DNA of 64,000 nucleotides from the human T2T-CHM13v2.0 reference genome, Homo sapiens, in NCBI RefSeq assembly GCF_009914755.1, contig NC_060936.1; one strand, written 5' to 3'. Positions 1-49,796 of this stretch are shown here, one piece after another. The notes under the pieces are model-generated. The model searched no databases. It had not been told where the DNA came from and saw only the letters and a program-made list of their open reading frames with translations. The stretch's first letter is position 1. Each line of letters opens with the position of its first letter. The position numbers and the translations under genes are program-made.

Positions 1-18
1 AGCCACCTCAATTGCTGA

Positions 19-384
<366 letters not shown>

Positions 385-540
385 TAATAATTGAATTTAA
401 TGTTCATTTAATTTAAACCTGCTGTCTCAAAGAAGCAAGTGCAACTTTTCTCAGTACAACTTAATTTCATGTGTGATGTCTTAAGGTTGCACTTTTAAGG
501 ACTAGCCCCTTAGACTGGGTATTTTCATCTAGGTCACCAC

Positions 541-844
541 TTTTTTTTTGTTTTCTAGTCAGGATCTCGCTCTGTTGCCCAGGCTAGAGTGCAGTGGAGC
601 GCCATCACAGCTCACTGTAGCCTTGACCTCCTGGGCTCAAGTGATCCTCCCACCTCAGCCTCCCTGGTAGAGTAGTCGGAACTACAAGTACATGCCACCA
701 TGCACAGCAATTTTTTTCATTATTTGTAGAGATGCGGGTCTCCAAATGTTGCCCAGGCTGGTCTTGAACTCCTGGGCTTCAAGCAGTCCTTCCGCCTTGG
801 CCTCCCAAAGTGCTGGAATTACAGACATGAGCCACCGCATCCGG
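541..844 (-). mobile_element. AluJ
   Basis: Diverged dimer; TSD TAGGT(C/T)ACCACTTTT. Confidence 0.93.
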
Positions 845-1216
845 TCATAGGTTACCACTTTTGACATTTATGTAGCTGCCACCAGGTGCCTGGTGGTGCC
901 CCAGCCTCAGGCTCCGTGGGACAGCCAACTGAGCTCTCCTAGGCATACCCAAAATACAGCTGCATTAACTATCTAGTGCAATTATTTTTACCAAGCTCTA
1001 ATTGCTTAGTAAAAGCAAAGTAATATGCAATTTAGACTAAGGTTTTTTTATAAATAAAAATAAATATGTGGGTCCACTGTGACACCATTCTTATACTGAC
1101 ATAGTTGAATGGCTGTCTTTGCGTGTTTAGAATAAACTTGGTATTCTTTATTCTTCTCTAATGAAAACCTTTTCATTTTTCACTTATACCTCAAATGTCA
1201 AAAAAATTGTATGAGG

Positions 1217-1577
1217 CTCCTCAGATCTAGAGTCAGAATCTCTTGCTGTCAGTTGAACTTTGGCATGTAACTCTCAGCTGGCTACTGATTTCAGAGGAAG
1301 CTGGAGGTGCCCACTCATCCACCTCTCCAAAGCAGTAGAGATGAATGTAATGTGGCTTTGAAGGTAAAAGACCTGAGTTTGGATTTCAACTTAGCCTCAA
1401 CTTTCTTACTGGCAGAAGAAAGACAGTACTCACAAGATCATTCGAAAGATTGAATTAAATAATGTGGACTCCTCATGGATCTAGAGTCAGAATCTCTTGT
1501 TTTCAGTTGAACTTTGGCATCTAACTAACTCTCAGCTGGTCACGGATTTGAGAGGAAGCTGGAGGTGCCCCTCATCC
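1217..1577 (+). repeat. Local direct duplication of ~105 bp (1217-1320 and 1469-1577)
   Basis: Both copies read CTCCTCA..GATCTAGAGTCAGAATCTCTTG..TCAGTTGAACTTTGGCAT..GAGGAAGCTGGAGGTGCCC..CTCATCC. Confidence 0.9.
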
Positions 1578-1610
1578 GCTTATTACTGATGACTGTTACT
1601 TCCCTTCTAG

Positions 1611-1812
1611 TAATAGCTAATGTGTAGTGAGTGTTTGCTGTGTACAGGTGGCTATGTAAGAATCCTATGTGGACCTGCTTGTTTAATTCTTATGTGAGGA
1701 GCTCAACACAGGCTTAGAAAAGCCCAGTAACTTGCCTAAGATGACATAGTACCTATCAAAGCTGAGATCTGAACCCTGTCAAAGCCCACAGCTCGTGTGT
1801 TTAATCACTGCA
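1611..1812 (-). mobile_element. MIR
   Basis: MIR core AGTAACTTGCCTAAGATGACATAG...TCTGAACCC. Confidence 0.65.
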
Positions 1813-2230
1813 CCTCCCATAGAGATGCTTTTCTGAAAAAAAATCGCAAGCTGATGAACACTTTGTATTTTCACTTATCAAATGTATAGAACTTGTACAA
1901 CTAAAGGGGCTTGGAGAAGTGGTTCTCAACTGGTTCTTGCAGAGACACCTCCAATGGTACTACAACTTTCCGAAGAGCTAAAGTAGTGCCCACAAAGTGC
2001 AGGCTACAAGCTCGGCTGTACCAGAAACACAGTTTTATTTATTTTTCACTGTAATAATACTTAACTTCTCTTCAAAGTCCCATTCAGGTGGGTGGTAGAA
2101 TGGGGCCAACTTCAGGCACTTGTAATCAAGAATCTTTCTAATTTTTGTATTATGTCTATTGCTGCCATTACTTTTCTGCCACCAGAGTGGGGAGGAAGGA
2201 AGCTGGTCCTGTGTCATCACCTGTCCACTC

Positions 2231-2529
2231 TTTTATTTTTTTCTTTTGAGACAGGGTCTCACTGTGTCACCCAGGCTGGAGTGCAGTGGCACGACCTCGG
2301 CTCACTGCAGCCTCTGCCTCTGGGCTCAAGCAGTCCTCCCACCTCAGCCTCCCGAGTAGCTGGGACTACAGGCATGTGCTACCATGCACAGCTTTTTTTT
2401 TTTTTTTTTTGTAGAGACGGGGTTTCACCACGTTGCCTGGGCTGGTTGTGAACACCTGAGCTCAAGTGATCCATCCACATCAGCCTCTCAAAGTGCTGGG
2501 ATTACAGGCATGAGCCACAGCGCCTAGCC
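2231..2529 (-). mobile_element. AluJ
   Basis: Dimer; TSD CACCTGT(C/T)CA(C/T)TCT. Confidence 0.93.
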
Positions 2530-2847
2530 CCACCTGTTCATTCTCTCATCCACTGAGATGTGCTCCTTCCTGAATGATCTTTGACTGTCCATGCCCACAG
2601 GCATGGCTCCATTTCAATCACGTTTGAGCCTCTCTCCAAAGTACAGAACAAATTGGAGTGGTCTCCCATAACTCGCTGTGGCCATGGGAAATTCTGGATG
2701 CTGTCATACAACCTTTCTGCCAAGATAGGTCACAGGTCACACAGCCATTTCTACTTTTTGCCAGACATAGGGCAAGGAGGAGGCAGATTTCCAAAAGTTT
2801 GCCATCTTTCTGGACTGCACCAGGGAAGTAAGACAGAGGTCCCAAAC

Positions 2848-3046
2848 CAGTGGTATGAGGAACAAATGCTTAACAATCAGCTCTCCAAAGAGAAAAGTTC
2901 TGATCTGTAGCAGTTGCCAATTTCTGCAGTGTAAATATTCCCACCATGGTCAATTTCAAGCAAGCAACATGAGAGCACCAAATGAGGCGTTGGGAAGAAA
3001 TGCTCCAGTGAGTCCTGAGGGTGAAGCTGTCTCCAGCACACCATTG
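2848..3046 (+). mobile_element. MER63-like hAT-Blackjack MITE
   Basis: Termini CAGTGGTATG...CACACCATTG; core GTGTAAATATTCCCACCATGG; degenerate 8-bp TSD TCCCAAAC/CTCCAAAC. Confidence 0.75.
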
Positions 3047-3804
3047 CTCCAAACGAACCAAAACGTCCACAGTCCTCACTCAGCCAACCCAGGGCTCCAT
3101 TTAGGAGAGTCTCAGGGAATAGGCCCTCCTTAGGAACACACCAACATTTACCCCTTCTCTTTCCCATTTTCATTCCCAGTCTGGCTGGGAGCTAGAAACA
3201 TTGGCTTTGCCTGCCCACGTTGTCATCCAATTTTTATCTTTCAAAAACAAAACCAAAAGCCAGGCTCTACTTCTCCAGTTATGCAGTGACAACCCTCTGG
3301 TTGTAATGGCTTATGTACTATAATAGATAATCATGGCTTCTTGCCTAGTGCTGAACTGAGGGAGAAAAATAGTTTAACAGAAAATATCAGATTTGGGAGA
3401 AAGAGGTGGGAAGAATCTATATTCACTGTATCAAAATAGTATCTCACTACATTACAGAGAATTCACTCCCTCTCGCATCTCCCAAAGCGCCTGCCAGCAC
3501 TGTTTCCCAAGGATTCGACCACTTGTTTCCAGCACTCGCCCAATTCCTTAGGAGGTGAAGACTCAGCATGGCTTCAGTGAATGCCTCAAGAGTGGGCACA
3601 GGGCTCAGATCAAAAGATGCCAACGTGCTGTAATGCCTGTTCGGGTTGACCCTCCTGGCCCTTAGGCCACTGCCCTAACTGCCCGTGTTTCACTTGTTAG
3701 TTACATTTTTTTAAACACCAAGTTGAGATAATTTTTATCCCTTCCAGATCTCTCACCTCCCATAAAATAAAGCTATGTATAGGAAATAAGATAGAAAAGA
3801 GCAA

Positions 3805-4010
3805 TCATAGTTAGCAATTATTGAGCTCTAACTCAGTGTTATGTACTTCAATGCATGAGATGATTTATTCTCACAAAAATCATTTCAGAAAATGTATAAT
3901 TATTATTCCTATTTACTCAGCAACTGGAGCTCAGAGTTTGGTAACTTGCCCAGGATCACAGAGCTAACAAGTGGCAGAACATGCTCTTGTCTGACCCAAT
4001 AGTATAAGCT
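3805..4010 (-). mobile_element. MIR
   Basis: GTAACTTGCCCAGGATCACAGAGCTAACAAGTGGCAGA core. Confidence 0.7.
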
Positions 4011-4032
4011 TCTTTTAAAATTAACATTTGTG

Positions 4033-4320
4033 GGCCAGGTGTGGGGGCTCAAGCCTGTAATCCCATCACTTTGGGAGGCTGAGGTGGGAGATCAGCTGAG
4101 GCAGTTCAGCCTGGCCAACATGACGAAACCCTGTCTCCACTAAAAAAATACAAAAATTAGCTGGGCTTGATGGCACACCCCTGTAATCCCACCTACTTGG
4201 GTGGCTGTGAGGCAAGAGAATCACTTGAACTCGGGAGGCAGAGGTTTCAGTGAGCCAAGATAGCACCACTGCACTCCAGCCTGGGTGACAGAGCAAGACT
4301 CCGCCCCCGCAAAAAAAAAA
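4033..4320 (+). mobile_element. AluS
   Basis: Dimer with small internal deletion; TSD AAAATTAACATTTGT. Confidence 0.94.
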
Positions 4321-5440
4321 TTAACATTTGTTAATTTTTTCTAGCTCCTTGGTGGTCTTGTTAAGATTATTAAAGAAAATTTATTGTACAGAGACTTGTG
4401 GAGATTGAGTCATTCACTCAGGAAAATATGGTGAGTGAATATATTCTAAACACATCTGAGTTGGTGTCATGCCGTGTCTAGATTTGAGATCCCCTACAAA
4501 GGCCAAGGAAAAGGTAAATTCTGGAGTCCTAGAGTAACCAGTGCCTTAGACACAAAAGAGAATGTGCTCCATGCACATAGAAAACCAGAAGGGCAAAGAC
4601 AAGGCAAATATTCCTTAAAGCAGGTTGGTTTGGCAGAAGGAAAAATTTGTTACATTTTTATCTTTGAGTGCACACAAAGGAACAGTGGTAAATGACACAA
4701 TGGTAGTGTGTTGGTGTTGTCATTAACACACATGGGAACATGTACTCATGCGCACACACAAGCCACGCAACTCATATATTTTACTGTGGCTTAGATGGAC
4801 TTTTTTTTTTTATTAGCAACTAGGAAATAGAGTTTGCCGAAGGGAACCTAGCATGGGAAAAAGTAAGACTCGCTGGCTCTGCTGTTGTTCAGAGAGAAGA
4901 GGAAATGGAAATTACTTGTCACAGTAAATCTAAAATTTCCTGAAGTATCAGTCGAAACTAATCCTTCTCCTTATATGGGATTAACAAATAATTTTTAAAA
5001 AGCTAGTTGTCTAGTAAATTATTTTGTAATTTGTGACTGTGACTTTTTAAGATTAAACAGATTTCTACTTATATACTAAGATTAATGTGTTGTACACAGC
5101 AGAAAATGTCTGGAATTGTTGCAGACAGTTTTAATTAGTGAATGAAAATAACCACTAAATCTGTATAATAAGGAGGGTCATCAGATATTTTTCTAGAAGC
5201 TTCTCTAATACAAAATATTCACTGTTTCTGAGTTTTATTTTTATTATTATTTAAGTAGTGACTGAAGAGCTGTATATGTTGATGTATGTCTCTACTATTC
5301 TGTATTTTTATATGTCTTCAAATTATTAAATAAATCTGAATAAAATTTTTTGGGTCCCCACATTTTGATTCTGACTGATAAAAGAAACTGACATGTTGTT
5401 AGTGTATTGATCCATAATATTTTTAAAGTCTTGGCAGCAA

Positions 5441-7316
<1,876 letters not shown>

Positions 7317-7699
7317 TAGTAAAGCACTTCGGATGTTTCATCTTTGCAAAATTACAAGTTAAACTTCATATTACTCGTTCCTTGTGGAACCAAAATTTAG
7401 TATTGCCATACAACCTATTTTCGATTTTCTTTTGGTTTCCCCAGAACCTTAACTGTTTTGACCTGAATAGTTTTTTGACAGGAACATTGAATGCTAAGGT
7501 ACTCACTGTGGGCAAATTTTTCCTGAGATGCCCAAACTCTGACTATCATTGAAGTTATGAGTGTAAAGTGCCTGCATCTTCCCATAATGTGTGGCATTTG
7601 GGTTAGTTTATATTTTCTTCTTAAAATTACAAAACTGAGTTTAATTTAATTCACCTTATTCAAAAAAAACTTGCAGCAAACATAGGAAATCTTTGATAT

Positions 7700-7990
7700 T
7701 GGGCACGCATTCATTCAGGGACCAACCTTGACTATCTTTCCTTTCATCAGTAATTATCGTGGGTACTTTATCTCTGCATTTCCTGACTCAAAGCTGATAA
7801 CATCTCCAATTCATGGTTACGCTAATATAGTTTGCATTTATCAGGTAATTAGTTCCACCTTCTAGAGTAGCTGAGTCACAACACTGTAGTCAGTCTTTTT
7901 TCGCTTTACCACATAACGGAAATAGACAAATCATTTCAGCACCCCTACCTGAAACTGCCTCTGGGTAAGCTGAATGTAGGTCACAACTGA
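7700..7990. promoter_or_regulatory. Candidate lymphocyte enhancer (RORE/RUNX/AP-1/IRF/ETS/GATA cluster)
   Basis: AATGTAGGTCA 7973-7983; ACCACA 7908-7913; TGACTCA 7784; TGAGTCA 7872; TTTCGCTTT 7899; GATA at 7768, 7795 and 7838; no recognisable repeat. Confidence 0.6.
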
Positions 7991-8599
7991 TAGGTCTGTG
8001 ATGAGAGGCCACGATTTCAGGGTACCCTGTCACCTGCTTATTAGATTTAACCTTAGCCTCTCTAAAACAAGGCTTTTTTTCTTGTTGTTTTAATGAAAAT
8101 TTGCCGACATAATAAAACTAAACATTTTGAAGTGAATAACATTTAAATAGCATATATGAAAACTTCACAGACCTTATGCCATTTAATCTGAAAACTAAAT
8201 TGGTGAGTGATCTTAATCTGCAAGATGAGGAATACAAGCTCAAAGTTCAATTGGCTTGCTCAAGGTGGAGTTAGGACTAGAACATAGGCTACTATAACCC
8301 CAAAGCCAGTTGTTCCCAAACTACCTATGAGAATCTGGAAGATTACACATATAGATTCCTAGGCCGTCTCTGCATAGTCTCCCTCTGTAAGTCTATTGTT
8401 ATTTGTGGCTTGTTTTTATTTTCTAGGTGGACTTCAGCCAAGAAAATAAACTAAACCAAACCATTTGTATAAGCCAAGGAATATGTAAGTGGTATAATAA
8501 ATATTAAAGCAGCTTATCTTGAGCTGGCTTTCTGAAGTAGATTGTTTTCTCTGTCAGGCAAGTGATATGGAAAGTTTAGGAGAGACTGAGGCAGTAGCT

Positions 8600-8781
8600 A
8601 GTGATGGGCTTGTAAACCGCCTCCCAGTAAATGGGAGAAGCCCTAATTTATGGCATCTGTTGATTTCAGTGGTGTAAATACTCCCACCATGGCCAATTTC
8701 TAACTACTGATAACTTTAACAACTTGCTCACAACATTCTTATTTAATGATTGGCCCATGAGTTAGCTCCAGCATAATACTG
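8600..8781 (+). mobile_element. Second MER63-like hAT element
   Basis: GTGGTGTAAATACTCCCACCATGGCCAATTTC core; GCTCCAGCATAATACTG end. Confidence 0.65.
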
Positions 8782-10479
8782 GCATGTAGACTGTATAGGG
8801 GAGAAACTGAACAATTTCCCAGCATTATCTAAATTGTCCATTATGTGGTCTGAATTGGTGTAAACTCCCCAAACATTACTCTACCTGTTGGCCTCATGTT
8901 CTGATTTCCAAAGGTGGCTTAGTGTCCCCCAAGTCCTCATTTCTCAATTTCCAGATATGCTTTATATGGATATAGGGCAGAATGAAACTACGGATGGAGA
9001 CTAGTGGGTAGAGCACTTCGTAGAAGAGAAATGGATGCCATCTTTAAGATGACTCATCCTTTGCTCTTACCTGCCACATGGCAGGAGTCACAGGATGGGG
9101 AGCTGCCTCCTGTATAAGAGCCTCAGGGTGGGAATGAAACATGACATATGATTTAAAGAAGCTTGGCTCTAAGCCTGAGAGCAAAGGGCTGGGTCTTTCT
9201 GTGCCTCCACTTGCCATGGGAGAAAGACACGTATGGTTAGATTGCAGAGTCAACATTAGCAAGAAAGTTCATCAGCACGGAGCTGAAGAGATCAGTAGCC
9301 TGCTTTTAGTCCATGAGTCAAGCTCATGGGGCAAGTTGGCTTCTCAGAGACCCCATGTGACCAGACCCATTGGTGCACAACCCTAGCTAGTCCAATGACA
9401 TAGACTGTTGTTTGGCCTGGAGTAATCTCTATCAGCAGAATCACCTTGGGAAACTGAGTAATGGTGGTTTGACAGACTGGGCCCTGAGCACACTAACATG
9501 ACTACCACTTTCAGATGTAAAAGTACCAAAAACATATTCCAAAACCAAATAGAAATAATTCTGGGATCATCTACCATTTTACATTATTTGTTCCTTTGGT
9601 AAACTTCCAGAAGTCAGGATATTTTCTGGATGTCTGATATGTGCATGCACAATTAAAACAAAAATATATAATCCATCCTTGAGCTCCCTAAGTAGCCAAC
9701 TTCAACACTTCTCTACTTAAGGACAAGCTTGTTTTGAATATTAATTTGCTTTCATTCTGGTTGAATCCATTTGTACAATAATTCAATGCTCACATATTCT
9801 TTTTCCCGACTAGAAAAGGTAGTCATTTATCTTCCAAGAAGGCAAAGTAGAAAATTAACTCCCAAATGAATCAACCAGAGAGAGAACTGAATCACAGTGG
9901 GACTTGCAATTTTAGCATACACACTTCAAAGGAGTTAGTGTGGGTGGATTTCGAGTAAGGAGGCCTAGATTTAATTCACCAGCCTTCAGATCTTGGGCCA
10001 GTTATTTCATCTAAGTCGGTCTTCCCATCTGTAAAATGATATTTATGCTTAAATCTCATGGTAACATTTCCTCCTATGTACCAAGCATATTTATCATGTT
10101 ATTTATCCTTAATCGTCACAACTATCCTTCAAGGTTTAATTTTGAGTTCAGAATTCCATGGGGATCCAGAGATGAGACCAGAAATTAACATGCGAAACCT
10201 CCCATGTATGTGTTTTGGTGCATTTTTATAAGGGCTCTCAAACACGGATACACTGAGAATCTCAACACCTGGGGTGAAGATGGGGGAGGGGCAGAGAAAA
10301 AAGCAGGTAGGTGTATGCATTTTAGAAAAACCACTCGTTGCAGTTCTGCGGTTGGCTCCCCAGTGTGGCTTGTGAGATATTAATTTAGACGAAAAGATCA
10401 AGCTACCAGTTTATAATATTTATTTGAGTATATACTGTATACTCAAAGCAGAAGTTATATTCAAGATGAATAAAAATTG

Positions 10480-10940
10480 AATTACCTGGATATTCTGCAG
10501 AGAAATGAAAGCATATATCTACACAAAGACTTGCACACCAATACTGATAGCAGTTTTATTCATTATAATCCCGAACTGAAAACAACCCCAAAGTCCACCA
10601 GCAAGTGAATAAAGAGGCAACATGCGCACCAAAACATGGATGACTCTCAAAAATATTATGCTAAGTAAAAGCCAGGCATAAAGGATGGCTCCATTTATAT
10701 AAAATTCCTGTAAACTAATTTATACCAACAGAATGCAGATTATTGGTTGCCTTGGGGACCAGGGGTGGAAGGACAGACTGACTGCAAAAGAATATGAAGA
10801 AACTTTTGGGGTGATGGAAACATAATGTATCATGATTGTGGTGTTAGTTTCACAGATGTGTACATCTATTCAAACTCACTGAGCTCTAATTTTTTTAACA
10901 ACTGCAGTTTAAAGTATGCCTTAATAAAACTAATAAAAAT
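10480..10940 (+). mobile_element. Old L1M (L1ME/L1MC) 3' fragment
   Basis: AGAAATGAAAGCATATATCTACACAAAGACTTG...GAAACTTTTGGGGTGATGGAAA. Confidence 0.75.
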
Positions 10941-12109
10941 TTGAATTAGCAATCCCAGCTCCTGAATACTAGCAAATCTCAAGGGGCAGTTGTCATGTAA
11001 CTAAGACTACTCACCAACCCAAATGCATGTCTTCTGAGTTACCCTTAGTATGAGCAATTAAAACACTACTGGGCCCTCAACACTATTCTCTCCCCTGAGT
11101 CACTGAATAGGGTTTTTAACAGAAGCAGTCAATAACTGCAGAGCTAAATTGTTGCATAGAGACTGGGTTCATGACCTTGTCCCCATGAGAACTATATCCT
11201 AATCCTTCTAACACCTGATAGATCAAGTTCATGTGGTTTGATTCACTCCAGTGGGTGTACCCAGATTTTACATCTACAGCTTAGATAAAATAGACTGAGT
11301 TATGCAAAATTCCCTGCAAGCTAGCTCTAATTCCCTTCTTTACCATACATCAGTGGTCAGCCATTGAAAACTCTGTCCTAACCAACTAGACTAACCAACC
11401 TTTGAGGAAGAGGAAAATATGTATCTAGAGAGGTAAGTTCCAAACCTATTTTACAATTAACATGCCTCAGTTCAGATATGTATAGAAGCCAATTTGTGTT
11501 CTAAAGTCCACTTATACTGTAATTTCAAACTTTTATTTTCATATTTAATGCCTTAGTAGCCTTTAATGAACAAACTAGTTTAAAGGTCAGTGGAAGATAG
11601 GCAAATATTTGTATGCCTACAGTTCTTTAAAACTTCATGATAATGTAAGATCTTTAACAAACTTATTGTGAACCAACGATTTGCAAATGCACTTTTGACC
11701 AATTATCACTTTAGAACAGATTGTTCACTTGTTTTCTAACCAATAAGCATGAATATTCTGTATATTTTAGCTTCAGTACTTTCTATGTATTACTGTAAAG
11801 ATTTTATGTAATATAGTTGTAAAATCCATATTTTTTAGAAACTTAAATTTATCATGATTTGCAAGATAAACAGTATGACAACAGAACATGTCCCATGAGT
11901 GAAGAAATATATTTAAAAAGTTTTGTGTTAAATTTCTGTAAATGAGTCTGCCTTGGAAATTCTTTGTCCCACATTTGTGCGAAAATATCACAGACTTGGC
12001 TCCATTCCATTCTGACAGCTGCAAAACAAGTATAACTGTTCATTAACCTGTTAGGAGTAGAATTCTTCTACAAGATAATTATTTGTTCCATGTAATAACT
12101 TTCTGGAGA

Positions 12110-12804
12110 AGCCAAACGCACTTGATCCATTTTTATTTCAAAATGTCTACAAAGTTTTAATTCTCCATTATACAGGTAATTTTTCAAAATCTAGACATTA
12201 TTCAAATGTAAGCCAAAGTCCTTACACAAATAGAATACACTCAAAGATCAAAAATATACATATCTTTCAGCAAACTTTGTTACATAAATAAGAAAAATAT
12301 ATACAGCTGGTGTTTTCAAAGTACAATTATCTTAACACTGCAAACATGTATAGAAGGAACTAAAATAAAAAGAAACACTACAGCAAAGGTTAAAGGAACA
12401 ACAAATTCATTTTACAACATCATCAATTATAAAGATACATATATCAAATCTTAGGGGAATATATACTTCACACTGGGATCTTAACTTTTACTTCACTTTG
12501 TTTATTTTTTTAGAATACTCTCTGGATAGGTGAAAATCTATCCATGACACCTATTACGAAAGTTACATGTGAAGAATTCAATAATCTAGGTCTTTGTACT
12601 CTGGGATAGATGTAAAAAGAATTCTTTAAAAGTTAAATTTGTATAAGCCTATGTTAACAATTTCCAAGTAAACTGTTCTATTGGAAATTAAATATTTCAA
12701 AGTAGAAAACGTTAGGAAAAACTTCACTCAAAAAATTTTAACACAGTAAGCAATAAAGAAAAATTATGCCAATGTTTCCTTAGATAAAGGCAACTCAGCT
12801 AGGT
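12110..12804 (-). other. MDM1: MDM1 3' UTR (end approximate)
   Basis: AT-rich, repeat-free stretch after the stop; Pumilio element TGTATATA at 12298-12305 (minus strand). Confidence 0.75.
12132..12137 (-). terminator. Likely MDM1 poly(A) signal AATAAA
   Basis: TTTATT on + strand; alternative hexamers at 12501-12506 and 11532-11537. Confidence 0.65.
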
Positions 12805-49796
<36,992 letters not shown>

